Origin: an uncultured Rikenellaceae bacterium
GTDB taxonomy: Bacteria; Bacteroidota; Bacteroidia; Bacteroidales; VadinHA17
Direction: 5' to 3'
DNA: 64,000 nt
NCBI GenBank assembly: GCA_964638955.1
Contig: CAZWZQ010000006.1
Coordinates: 2,400 to 66,399 of the forward strand
This document shows, in pieces, positions 54,693-64,000 of the stretch. The notes under the pieces were generated by a model. The model worked only from the letters and a program-made list of their open reading frames with translations, had not been told where the DNA came from and did no database searches. Position 1 is the first letter of the stretch. Every line of letters begins with the position of its first letter. The position numbers and the translations under genes were made by a program.

Positions 54693-57600
54693 TTAATCAG
54701 GTCTTGCCGATTGAGCACCTGGCGCTCCTGCAGCTTGTTGAGCACCATGGCAATGTTTATATTTCTTCCCGCTTCCACAGGGGCACGGATCGTTTCTTCC
54801 AACTTTCTTATCTACTCGCACAGGTTCAGTTTTTTTGTCCCTGTCCTGAGGGCTACCCCCACCTGTTCCATATTGCGAGAAATCGCTTTTGGATGTCTTC
54901 AGGTTCTCCATTTGCCTCCGCCGTTGTGCTTCTTTTACCTGCTCCGGGTCCTGGGTCGGAATATATCCCTTCATCAATGTACCGACCACATCCTTATTCA
55001 CTTTATCTAACATGGTTTTGAACAATTCAAAAGACTCAAACTTATAAATAAGAAGCGGATCTTTTTGTTCATAAGTAGCATTCTGAACCGATTGTTTAAG
55101 TTCATCCATCTCGCGAAGATGCTCCTTCCATTCCTCATCTATTGTTGCAAGAACAACAGTCTTTTCATAAGCTTTTGCCAGCTCTTTACCTTCCGATTCA
55201 GCTGTCGCCTTAAGGTTTGTTATTACCTGAAATACTCTTACGCCATCTGATATGGGAACAACAACATTTTCATATACATGTGACATACGCTCATAAACAT
55301 CCTTCAGCACCGGATATGCCTGTTGTGATATTGATTCAACTTTCCTTTTGTAGGTATCCAGGACTTTTGCATATATTTTTTCGGTTACTTCCTGCGCATT
55401 GATTTTCAAAAAGTCGGAAGAAGGCACCGGCGAATCTATTGAAAATGAACGTATAAGATCAAATTCAAATCCCTCGAAATCTCCTTCAGAATGATATGTG
55501 TCTACAACACTTTCGGTAACATCATACATTGAGTTTGCCACATCAACACTTAATCTTTCACCAAGCAGGGCATGCCGGCGTTTCTTATATATGACCTCTC
55601 TCTGTGAATTCATTACATCATCGTATTCAAGAAGTCTTTTACGAATACCGAAGTTATTTTCTTCTACTTTCTTCTGTGCCCTTTCAATGGATTTTGTGAT
55701 CATTGAATGTTGTATCATCTCACCATCTTTGAGACCAAGACTATCCATTATTCCGGCTATTCTTTCCGATCCGAAGAGCCGCATCAGTTCATCTTCGAGT
55801 GAAACGAAAAACTGTGAAGAGCCCGGGTCGCCCTGTCTTCCTGATCTGCCTCGCAGCTGCCGGTCAACTCTGCGCGACTCGTGTCGTTCGGTACCGATAA
55901 TAGCAAGTCCTCCTGCTTTCTTTACCTCATAGGAGAGCTTTATATCGGTACCTCGTCCGGCCATATTTGTAGCTATGGTGATTGTACCTGACTTACCTGC
56001 TTCAGCAACAATTTCTGCTTCCCGTTGATGCAGTTTTGCGTTAAGGACATTATGTTTTAATCCTTTCATCTTAAGCATCCTGCTCAGCAGTTCAGATATC
56101 TCAACAGATGTTGTACCAACAAGTACCGGTCTTCCCTGACGATTCATATCCGATATTTCGTCTATGACAGCATTATATTTCTCCCGTTTTGTTTTGTAGA
56201 TGATATCTTCCCTGTCATCTCTGATAACCGGCTTATTAGTTGGTATGACAACCACATCGAGTTTATAGATATTCCAGAATTCTCCGGCTTCTGTTTCTGC
56301 TGTACCCGTCATCCCCGCAAGCTTATGGTACATCCTGAAGTAGTTCTGAAGCGTTATTGTTGCATAGGTTTGTGTTGCAGCTTCAACCTTCACATTCTCT
56401 TTTGCTTCAATAGCCTGATGAAGTCCGTCGGAGTACCTTCTGCCCTCCAGTATTCTTCCTGTCTGCTCATCAACTATCTTCACCTTGTTGTCTATAACAA
56501 CATATTCCACATCGGAGTCGAACAGGGTCCATGCCTTAAGCAATTGGGTCATAGTATGAACCCTTTCAGATTTTACCGAGTAATCCTGCAGAAGCTCATC
56601 TTTTTCTTTCAGTTTTTCACGGTCGCTTTTCCCTGATTTTTCAAGCTCGGCTATTGATGATCCCACATCGGGCAATATGAAGAAGCTTGCATCCTCAACC
56701 GAGGTTGAGATAAGATCCAGTCCTTTCTCAGTCAGCTCTATTGAATTTGCCTTTTCATCGATGATAAAATAAAGATCATCAGTTACTTTCGGCATATCCT
56801 TGCTGTTATTCTGCATATAGAAGTTTTCTGTCTTCTGCATCAGTGACTTATTGCCCTCTTCACTCAGGAACTTGATGAGGGCATTATTTTTTGGAAGGCC
56901 TTTAAATGCCCTAAGGAGAAGCTTGCCACCCTCTTCCGTTTTTTCTTCAGCAATCAATCGTTTTGCATCTGCAAGCACCTGAGTAACAAGCTTTTTTTGA
57001 GCAGATACCAGCTTGTCAACCTTTGGCTTTAGCTCATCGAACTGCTGTGTGTCACTTTTAGCTGTTGGTCCCGAGATTATAAGGGGGGTACGAGCATCAT
57101 CAACCAGCACGGAGTCAACCTCGTCAACAATGGCATAATGGTGTTTGCGCTGTACAAGGTCTTCAGGATTTATAGCCATGTTATCCCTCAGGTAATCAAA
57201 TCCAAACTCATTGTTGGTACCGAAGGTGATATCAGCATTGTAAGCTTTCCTCCTGTCGGCGGAATTGGGCTGGTGTTTATCAATACAGTCAACTGTCAGA
57301 CCATGAAATTCATACATGGGCCCCATCCATTCCGAGTCGCGTTTTGAAAGATAATCGTTAACAGTCACTATGTGGACACTCCTGCCAGACAGTGCATTTA
57401 AAAAGACCGGTAATGTTGCAACAACTGTCTTTCCCTCACCTGTAGCCATCTCGGCTATTTTACCTTTATGCAGGGCAACCCCGCCGATAAGCTGAACATC
57501 ATAGTGTACCATATCCCACACTATCTCATTTCCGCCTGCAATCCATTTGTTATTCCAGTAGGCTTTATCACCTTTCACATTTATGCTCTCTCTGGTAGCT

Positions 57601-58022
57601 GCCAGATCCCTGTCATATTGTCTGGCTGTTACTTCAAGAGTACTGTTTTCCTTAAATCTTCTGGCGGTCTCCTTCATTATTGCAAATGCAACCGGAACAG
57701 ACTCATCAAGTATCTCTTCCAGCTTATCGTCTATATGCTTTTCTATTTTATCAATCAGGGCATATATCTCTTCTTTATTATATATATCCTCTTCTGTCTC
57801 GGCTTTCTCTTTAAGAGATCTTATTTCTTTCTCGTCTTCCTCAATATATTCAAGTATTACCTTCTTCAGTTCCAGTGTTTTATCTCTCAACTGGTCATTC
57901 GAGAGATCTCTTAGTTTTTCAAATTCCATATGGACCTTTTCGACATAAGGATTAATCTCCTTAATGTCCCTCTGATATTTGTTCCCCAGAAACAGTCCCA
58001 GGATTTTTGTTAGAATACTCAT
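54693..58022 (-). CDS. secA: Preprotein translocase ATPase SecA
   Basis: 1109 aa. Motifs: [37 protein letters not shown], and a C-terminal zinc motif [14 protein letters not shown]. Confidence 0.98.
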   Translation of the reverse strand: MSILTKILGLFLGNKYQRDIKEINPYVEKVHMEFEKLRDLSNDQLRDKTLELKKVILEYIEEDEKEIRSLKEKAETEEDIYNKEEIYALIDKIEKHIDDKLEEILDESVPVAFAIMKETARRFKENSTLEVTARQYDRDLAATRESINVKGDKAYWNNKWIAGGNEIVWDMVHYDVQLIGGVALHKGKIAEMATGEGKTVVATLPVFLNALSGRSVHIVTVNDYLSKRDSEWMGPMYEFHGLTVDCIDKHQPNSADRRKAYNADITFGTNNEFGFDYLRDNMAINPEDLVQRKHHYAIVDEVDSVLVDDARTPLIISGPTAKSDTQQFDELKPKVDKLVSAQKKLVTQVLADAKRLIAEEKTEEGGKLLLRAFKGLPKNNALIKFLSEEGNKSLMQKTENFYMQNNSKDMPKVTDDLYFIIDEKANSIELTEKGLDLISTSVEDASFFILPDVGSSIAELEKSGKSDREKLKEKDELLQDYSVKSERVHTMTQLLKAWTLFDSDVEYVVIDNKVKIVDEQTGRILEGRRYSDGLHQAIEAKENVKVEAATQTYATITLQNYFRMYHKLAGMTGTAETEAGEFWNIYKLDVVVIPTNKPVIRDDREDIIYKTKREKYNAVIDEISDMNRQGRPVLVGTTSVEISELLSRMLKMKGLKHNVLNAKLHQREAEIVAEAGKSGTITIATNMAGRGTDIKLSYEVKKAGGLAIIGTERHESRRVDRQLRGRSGRQGDPGSSQFFVSLEDELMRLFGSERIAGIMDSLGLKDGEMIQHSMITKSIERAQKKVEENNFGIRKRLLEYDDVMNSQREVIYKKRRHALLGERLSVDVANSMYDVTESVVDTYHSEGDFEGFEFDLIRSFSIDSPVPSSDFLKINAQEVTEKIYAKVLDTYKRKVESISQQAYPVLKDVYERMSHVYENVVVPISDGVRVFQVITNLKATAESEGKELAKAYEKTVVLATIDEEWKEHLREMDELKQSVQNATYEQKDPLLIYKFESFELFKTMLDKVNKDVVGTLMKGYIPTQDPEQVKEAQRRRQMENLKTSKSDFSQYGTGGGSPQDRDKKTEPVRVDKKVGRNDPCPCGSGKKYKHCHGAQQAAGAPGAQSARPD

Positions 58023-58055
58023 TTTTATCTGTTTTACAGAATCTTAAAATTCACG

Positions 58056-58063
58056 CAAAATTA
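58056..58063 (-). promoter_or_regulatory. Bacteroidota -7 promoter motif TAATTTTG (minus strand)
   Basis: The + strand reads CAAAATTA. It lies 34 nt upstream of the secA ATG. Confidence 0.45.
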
Positions 58064-58193
58064 ATCTATTTTTCCAATATTGAAATGTAAATACCAGGAC
58101 AATATATCAGGATTGCCTGAGCTGGAAAATTACATACAAATTTCCTGCCACCTGTAGCGAAAGTGTATTTGGCAATATATGGCCCCTGATTGC

Positions 58194-60647
58194 CTATTTT
58201 ACCAGAACATATTTTATTATTCTCCTGTTGTTGTTCCGTTGCAGTACAATAAAGTATATTCCCTGCGGTTGATCAGTAATATCTATTGTCAGTATATCAC
58301 TGCCTTCAGTCAGGCCTGTCATTATTGTGGTTCCTGTTGAATTATAGATATCATACCTGTATGGTATTCCAGCACTTTCCGGATTCTTTATCATTACCAA
58401 ACCTTTTCCGGGATTGGGGTATGCAACAGCAGTTTCAAAGGCAGTATTTTCGATCTGATCTATAACGGGACCGATATGAAAATCTTCAATAGCCCAGCCC
58501 CATCCATTGGCATAAGGATCGGAGAAAAGCCTGAATCTGATCAGTATGGTGTCACCCGGCGAGATGTATGAAGAGATTTTGGGGAACATAGTGCGGCGTA
58601 TCATCATGGATTCCTTACCCAGATATGTTGAATTCATACCATCAATAGAGCTGTTATAGGCTGTTTTCCATGATTCTATGTATCTGGAGTCATATCCGTC
58701 AAACAACGGGTGCCATGTTTTACCATAATCACCTGAACTTTCCAGAACCACATAATCGTAAAAATCCTCTGAACCAAATTCAGATCCCTCCTCTCCGGGC
58801 TCAACAAGAACTAATTCCATAAAGCTGATTATCATGCCATTAGCATCAAATTTAACAGGATGCCTGAGCATGGCTGAAGAATTAAATTCTACCCCGGAGA
58901 TTTCAGGACTTTCATAAGGATGTTCCGTATGTAATCCGTAGTTTGAAAAATTGTCTGGTTTTGTAATTCCAAATCCCACAATGAAGAAATCATCAGTTGC
59001 ATCAGAAAAGTCAGTAGAATAGCTTTCAACAACCGTACTGATATCTTCAATATTGATTGAATAGAAACCTTCGTCCGGAATTATTTTCATATTAGGAACA
59101 TAGGCTTTGTCATAAGCTATAATCCTGTAACATAAAGAATCGCCTCCCTGGAGGGAAAGTGTAGTAGCATTAATGGCAGTGCTGAATTCAGTTTCATCTG
59201 AAGCTTTAAGACCAACAAACATACTCGGTCTGTCATTTACCTTATATTCTACATAAACCGTGTCTATTCCTACATTATCAGAAGCCTGAGCTTCAAATCT
59301 GATAGTATCAACCTTATCAAAATAGTACTCTGCCGGTGTATGAGTTATTACCGGTTTTACAGTGTCCGTTCCTATATGTACATCGTAGTGGTACTCGCTT
59401 ATATATGAAGGAGAACGATACATTCTCAAAAAATGATCTTCCACAAACATATAGTATTCAAGTTTCGTCTCGTAAGAAGGTATCAGAATTGTTGAACTGA
59501 AATTATCGTCGGAAAGAGGTGAAGTCATATATACTGTATCACAGGTATTGAACTCATCAAACGACCATACCAGCCCAACTTTATCCCGGTTATAGGTTGT
59601 ATCAGATACAATTGAAACTGATATGTCTATATCCGACAGATGCTCTTCAGTGTCCGGAGGATTCTCATGGACAATCTTTGTATTGATCCAGCCCAGGTCA
59701 CCCAGCATTGACATGGTCAGTTGTCCCGGATCATGAATGGCCTCCCCCTTATCAATAAAGGGTGTCATCAGTGCATCAATATTAGCTGTAGAATCCTCAT
59801 CAAGATGAGAAATACTTGATCCGGCATCATAGGTTGATGGAGCATACAGTCTTACTCTTTTCCCTGAATTGATGCTTGTCAGCACAGGACCATTAAAATA
59901 AACCGCTTCGCTTGTTATTTGTTCCTTGAGCTCGGCTGAGGGATTTGGAAATAACAGGGTGTCAATCAGCTTATTACCGTCAATGTTTTCAACAAAATTA
60001 TCATAAATTACAGGGCGTGAATCTGCTCCCCAGCTACCTGTGGAAGCATCAGCATACATACTATCAAAAAAGCCCAGTCCATGAATAAATTCATGTATAA
60101 TAACCGTAAGCAGGTCATATTGTGTTATTGGAGTATTTCCATCAGTACCGGCATACCAGTTAATATCAGTATTAATTTTTATGTAGATATCACCTGACAT
60201 TTCATGATTAAGCTCCTCACCGCAAATCTTTTCAGCCAGCGCCACAGGATAATAAGCATCGGGATAAAGTGCGTCTATGTCGCGTCCGTCGGCAAATGCA
60301 CCGGGACTGGAATTAGCCAGGACTCCCGGTGTCATACTACCTGCTGTAACAATGGCAGTGATTTTTGTATCCGGAGGCAACAGGAATTCAAGTATGGAGT
60401 CAGCATAATTGACCACTGTTCTCCCCCATTCCGGCACATCTGTATAATAGACAGTTATCGAACCTCTGCTACCCTTAGGTGCTTCCGTCTGAAAGAAGCT
60501 CTTTGGTGGAGGAATATATATCCTTTTTACCTTATTGCCGGCATAACATACTCCGGTAATCCTTGAATTCTTCAACAGATCCTGGGAATGCATCTGAAGA
60601 GATGATATCATGAAAATAAATCCCGTAAATAAGATCAGTTTCCTCAT
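58194..60647 (-). CDS. Secreted HExxH zinc-metalloprotease-like protein with a T9SS C-terminal sorting domain
   Basis: 817 aa. It has a signal peptide, the motif HEFIHGLGF, and a C-terminal ~80 aa ...AYPNPGKGLVMIKN...GIYFIVLQ...KYVLVK typical of type-A Por/T9SS tails. Confidence 0.8.
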   Translation of the reverse strand: MRKLILFTGFIFMISSLQMHSQDLLKNSRITGVCYAGNKVKRIYIPPPKSFFQTEAPKGSRGSITVYYTDVPEWGRTVVNYADSILEFLLPPDTKITAIVTAGSMTPGVLANSSPGAFADGRDIDALYPDAYYPVALAEKICGEELNHEMSGDIYIKINTDINWYAGTDGNTPITQYDLLTVIIHEFIHGLGFFDSMYADASTGSWGADSRPVIYDNFVENIDGNKLIDTLLFPNPSAELKEQITSEAVYFNGPVLTSINSGKRVRLYAPSTYDAGSSISHLDEDSTANIDALMTPFIDKGEAIHDPGQLTMSMLGDLGWINTKIVHENPPDTEEHLSDIDISVSIVSDTTYNRDKVGLVWSFDEFNTCDTVYMTSPLSDDNFSSTILIPSYETKLEYYMFVEDHFLRMYRSPSYISEYHYDVHIGTDTVKPVITHTPAEYYFDKVDTIRFEAQASDNVGIDTVYVEYKVNDRPSMFVGLKASDETEFSTAINATTLSLQGGDSLCYRIIAYDKAYVPNMKIIPDEGFYSINIEDISTVVESYSTDFSDATDDFFIVGFGITKPDNFSNYGLHTEHPYESPEISGVEFNSSAMLRHPVKFDANGMIISFMELVLVEPGEEGSEFGSEDFYDYVVLESSGDYGKTWHPLFDGYDSRYIESWKTAYNSSIDGMNSTYLGKESMMIRRTMFPKISSYISPGDTILIRFRLFSDPYANGWGWAIEDFHIGPVIDQIENTAFETAVAYPNPGKGLVMIKNPESAGIPYRYDIYNSTGTTIMTGLTEGSDILTIDITDQPQGIYFIVLQRNNNRRIIKYVLVK

Positions 60648-61030
60648 GAATGAACATCTTGTTCAATATCCAGTAGTTCTTCAATTTTCGTGATCATATC
60701 ATTTACACTGAAGGGTTTTGAATAAATAGCATCGGCTCCCAGTGCTTTTGCCAGGTTCAGGTAGCTGCCCGGACCTGCTTTACCTCCACCCGAGATTGCT
60801 ATTATTTTTATTGATGGTTTTAATTCACGCATTCTCATTATTACTTTCAGTCCATCCTCTTCCGGCATTATCAGGTCAGTAATTACCAGATCGGTCACTG
60901 AAGGTTTAAAATGTGTGAGAGCCTCCTTACCATTTTCAGCTTCAAGAACAATAAATCTTCGCCTGTTAAGTGAGACTTTCAACATTGTTCTCAGGTCATT
61001 ATCGTCCTCAACTATCAGAATACCTGGCAT
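60644..61030 (-). CDS. Stand-alone response regulator receiver (CheY-like)
   Basis: 128 aa. Motifs: ILIVEDDND, DLVITDLIMPEEDG, ...SKPF. Its stop overlaps the protease ATG (ATGA). Confidence 0.9.
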   Translation of the reverse strand: MPGILIVEDDNDLRTMLKVSLNRRRFIVLEAENGKEALTHFKPSVTDLVITDLIMPEEDGLKVIMRMRELKPSIKIIAISGGGKAGPGSYLNLAKALGADAIYSKPFSVNDMITKIEELLDIEQDVHS

Positions 61031-61079
61031 TTATAGTTTGAAGTTTAAGATTTGAAATTTATTACAATAACATTTAATA

Positions 61080-62999
61080 TCAACTTATAGACAAATTAAT
61101 AGCATTAATTATTTCCCTTAATGATACCGGTTTGACCAGGTGCTGGGAAATAATTCGCGAGTTTACCAGTTTTTCCTCTAAAAAATCCTGATCAGAATCA
61201 GTAATCCAGATGCATGGTATTTTTATTTCATGGTCATGGAAAAGGTTTATCATATCATCGGTTTTTATATGTTCAGCATCAGTCATATAAATTAGAAGAT
61301 CAGGTTTGGTTTTCTTGTCTGCTACTGTCCTGATAAGATATTCAGGATCAGACAAAAGTGTTAATTTATATCCTGCACTTTCGAGTGCCAGTGATAAAAT
61401 CCGTGATTCGTGTTTATTACCTGTAATAAATAATATCTTCCTGCTTTTCCTTGCTGTAGATGAGAGTGGTGCATAATCTCTTGAAACAGGAATATACACA
61501 TCAAATACCGAACCCTCATTGACTTTACTTGAAACCAGTACCTCCCCTCCCATTTCAGTAACAATTCCATGTACCACAGATAAACCTAATCCCGATCCTT
61601 TCCCCACTTCGCGGGTTGTAAAAAATGGTTCAAAAATTCTTTGCAACGATGATGGATCCATCCCTTTACCTGTATCCCTTATGGTAACAATAACATACTC
61701 ATCGGCAACAATATCAGTGTTCAGTTCATTTTGTACATCTTTATATTTAGCCAGAGTAAGACTGACATATAATACCCCCTCCAGTTCTTCCATTGCCTGA
61801 ATTGCGTTAGTCATAAGATTAAGGAAGACCCTGAACAATTGGGTGGGATCGGCAAGGACAGGATACTTTCCTGACCGTATATTGTTTTTAATCTTTATGC
61901 CTGACCGAGCAGCGGATCTGATAAAACCAATTGTCTCCTTCAAAATATCATAAACATTGATAGTAACCTTTTCCTGTTCCATCTGCCTGCTGAAGGCAAG
62001 TATCTGGTTGGTCAGGGATCTGGCCTTAGTCACAGATATCATGATCTTTCTTACATTTTCAGCTGAGGGTGAAGATTCAGGGAGATCATTCTTTAGCAGT
62101 TCTGAATAACCCGAGATTGTCGCAAGTATATTATTGAAATCGTGAGCAATACCTCCGGCAAGGGCACCGATGGTTTCAAGCTTCTGGGCCTGGAGCAGTC
62201 GGTTCTCGAGCATAAGTTCACGGGAGGAATCCTCAAATGAAAAATCAATAAAATATGGATTATTCATTTCGTTGACAGTCATGAAGGCACTTATCCGGCA
62301 TACTATTTCACCTCCCCTGCATGTTTTCAGAGGGACTCTGTCAAAAGACTTTGGCTTGCCGTCCATCAACTGTTCCAGGTGCAGATCAAACAGCCCCTCT
62401 TCAGCATAGCAGCTGCGAAGGTTAAGGTCTGTGAGGAAATGTTCATCATCACAATCCATTATCATAAGAAATGCCCTGTTGGCATGCATCATTGTTCCAT
62501 CCGGTCCGCATCTCAGTAAGCCTATCGGAAGGTTTGTTTCAAATCTCCTGAATTCTTCTTCCTTTGTTGTGGCTTTCTTTTCAGTCAGTTTCAGATCAGT
62601 TATATCGAATGTTTCCGCCAGGAGATAATTTATTTCCCCTGATTCGACTGGAATGGGACGAAATATAACCTCGAAATACCTTTTCCCTGACTGCGGAGTA
62701 GTGAAGGAGGCTTCATATTTTACTGTATTTCCTGCAAAGCATTTGTCTATATTCTGTTTTATACTGTTCTGGAAAGTATCGTACCCCCATACATCACCGA
62801 GTGATTTGCCAACAATGGATTGTTCCATACCCTTTTGCGCATCACAAAATGCATTATTGACCTTCTCATAAACATATTCCCTGTTAATGATGCTTATCAT
62901 CGACCGTGAATTATTCAGTATGTGGTCAGAAAAATGTTTTTCCTTAGCTAAAAACTTAAGGTATTCACTTTGGCCCGATCTTTTGCTATGTTGTTTCAA
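61080..62999 (-). CDS. Cytoplasmic PAS-domain sensor histidine kinase with a C-terminal degenerate receiver-like domain
   Basis: 639 aa. It has an H-box HDFNNILATISGYSELL, an N-box LMTNAIQAM, and G-boxes RDTGKGMD and GSGLGLS, with no TM segment. The C-terminal domain (KILFITGNKH...DLLIYMTD...LVKP) lacks the acidic pair. The track start is a TTG, so the start is uncertain. Confidence 0.85.
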   Translation of the reverse strand: MKQHSKRSGQSEYLKFLAKEKHFSDHILNNSRSMISIINREYVYEKVNNAFCDAQKGMEQSIVGKSLGDVWGYDTFQNSIKQNIDKCFAGNTVKYEASFTTPQSGKRYFEVIFRPIPVESGEINYLLAETFDITDLKLTEKKATTKEEEFRRFETNLPIGLLRCGPDGTMMHANRAFLMIMDCDDEHFLTDLNLRSCYAEEGLFDLHLEQLMDGKPKSFDRVPLKTCRGGEIVCRISAFMTVNEMNNPYFIDFSFEDSSRELMLENRLLQAQKLETIGALAGGIAHDFNNILATISGYSELLKNDLPESSPSAENVRKIMISVTKARSLTNQILAFSRQMEQEKVTINVYDILKETIGFIRSAARSGIKIKNNIRSGKYPVLADPTQLFRVFLNLMTNAIQAMEELEGVLYVSLTLAKYKDVQNELNTDIVADEYVIVTIRDTGKGMDPSSLQRIFEPFFTTREVGKGSGLGLSVVHGIVTEMGGEVLVSSKVNEGSVFDVYIPVSRDYAPLSSTARKSRKILFITGNKHESRILSLALESAGYKLTLLSDPEYLIRTVADKKTKPDLLIYMTDAEHIKTDDMINLFHDHEIKIPCIWITDSDQDFLEEKLVNSRIISQHLVKPVSLREIINAINLSIS

Positions 63000-63043
63000 T
63001 TTGTTCAGATTTAAATAAACCTGATCATTTAGGACAGGTAAGT

Positions 63044-64000
63044 TTAATTTATATCAAGATTAAAAGCTTTCCTGAACTCATTCAGAACAGGATATTTTCC
63101 CTGAAGGTAATTATATTTCTGTTCATCGGTATAGGGAAACTCATTTGCTTCGGTAAGATCTACAGATGTCCCAATTTCCAATTCCGAGACCAGGAATCTG
63201 GATTCGAGGAAACCTGTCAGCTTAGGCTTATAATTCTGAACGAACAGGTCTCTCTGAGCAGCATTACTCAGATGAATCCTTATTGTATTTTCATCTTCCA
63301 TCTCGGGTTGAATTGATTTAAACATACTTATTATTCTTGTTCCTTCTCCCTTAAGAGTGTCGACGAATTCCCGCCAGGCTGTAGAGAATGCACTGCTTGT
63401 AAATTCAATTCTCTGCCCTGATATTGTTTGTTCATTATTATCACCTGTTATTTCAGCAGACTTATCTTTTTGTTTCTCATCCTCCAAAATAACCTCTTTT
63501 ATTGAAAATGTCCGGGGTGGTTTTTCTATTACCGGAATATGTCTGTCAGGCGATTGTTCCTTTCCTGGCAGAAATCTCTTTTCCTGCTCTTCAGCCTGTC
63601 TGATGATCTCAGATTTTGGCGGAGGAGTTATCTCCCTCCCTTCTTTAGTCAGTGGCTTTTCGTCATACTTTTTTTTTTCGCCCTGTGTATCAGGCTCTTT
63701 TGTCAGCCTGCATAATTTTATCAGTGCGAGTTCTGTATGCAGTCTGTTATTCTTGCTGCTTTTATAGGAAATATCACACTCACTTCCTATCTCCAGGGCC
63801 CGGTAAAGAAAATTAACAGAACATTCATCTGCCTGTTGCAGGTATCTTTTCTTTACCGAGGGAGTTGCCTCAAGAAGACCAATAGTAACTTCGTCTTTAC
63901 TCACAAGAAGATCACGGAGGTGACTGTTAAGACCTGAAATGAAATTATGTCCGTCAAATCCTTTCTCGAGAATCTCATTAAAAGTCATCAATACAGCCGA
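63044..64000 (-). CDS. dnaX: DNA polymerase III subunit tau/gamma, C-terminal part (N-terminus beyond the right edge)
   Basis: FNEILEKGFDGHNFISGLNSHLRDLLVSKD...YLQQADECSVNFLYRALEI... corresponds to DnaX domain III. It is followed by a low-complexity linker and a tau-type C-terminal region. The frame is open to the window edge. Confidence 0.85.
   Translation of the reverse strand, partial: SAVLMTFNEILEKGFDGHNFISGLNSHLRDLLVSKDEVTIGLLEATPSVKKRYLQQADECSVNFLYRALEIGSECDISYKSSKNNRLHTELALIKLCRLTKEPDTQGEKKKYDEKPLTKEGREITPPPKSEIIRQAEEQEKRFLPGKEQSPDRHIPVIEKPPRTFSIKEVILEDEKQKDKSAEITGDNNEQTISGQRIEFTSSAFSTAWREFVDTLKGEGTRIISMFKSIQPEMEDENTIRIHLSNAAQRDLFVQNYKPKLTGFLESRFLVSELEIGTSVDLTEANEFPYTDEQKYNYLQGKYPVLNEFRKAFNLDIN
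63663..63678 (-). other. dnaX: Candidate recoding site in dnaX: A10 run containing the heptamer A AAA AAG, with a -1 frame stop after one codon
   Basis: The minus strand reads GGC GAA AAA AAA AAG TAT GAC in the zero frame. The -1 frame continues GTA TGA. The +1 frame stops after 6 more codons. Confidence 0.5.

Noticed and set aside
55498-55932. 144-aa ORF antisense to secA (also 57468-57948, 56325-56636 and 54704-55021)
   Set aside because: All are nested opposite secA, whose identity is certain. They are shadow ORFs.
63357-63767. 136-aa ORF antisense to dnaX
   Set aside because: It lies opposite the low-complexity linker region of dnaX. It is Ser/Phe/Cys-rich with no support.

Overview
This is a chromosomal segment that looks like Bacteroidota. 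The evidence is a T9SS C-terminal sorting domain, several exact TAnnTTTG -7 promoter motifs, ExbB-ExbD-ExbD-TonB and FucP-type genes, and a type-A RNase P RNA. It is mostly housekeeping and central metabolism: pyrK-pyrD, a pta-ackA-ptb-ptb-buk operon, rarA, kdsA, queA, truA, aroE, folD-ffh-argS, ligA, dapA, secA and part of dnaX. I found no transposase, integrase, CRISPR array, tRNA or rRNA.

The best candidate for an undescribed system is at 46055-51155. It is an AmmeMemoRadiSam cluster in which the MEMO-like and AMMECR1-like proteins are fused. A large membrane protein with a degenerate spermidine-synthase-like domain sits between that fusion and the radical SAM gene. Both soluble components carry export-like N-termini.

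Other signals not explained by ordinary annotation:
- A three-member family of GC-rich structured intergenic elements. One copy is flanked by a 12-bp direct repeat and rewrites the C-terminus of a gene.
- Short 6-8 nt tandem repeats at gene boundaries.
- A 690-bp AT-rich intergenic region with two triplets of the palindrome TTACA-N2-TGTAA next to an XRE-family regulator.
- An E. coli-like A AAA AAG / A10 slippery site in dnaX with a stop in each alternative frame.
- Three truncated gene remnants.
- An orphan intrinsic terminator that may mark a small RNA.

All protein calls rest on motif recognition by eye in the supplied translations. No database search was run.
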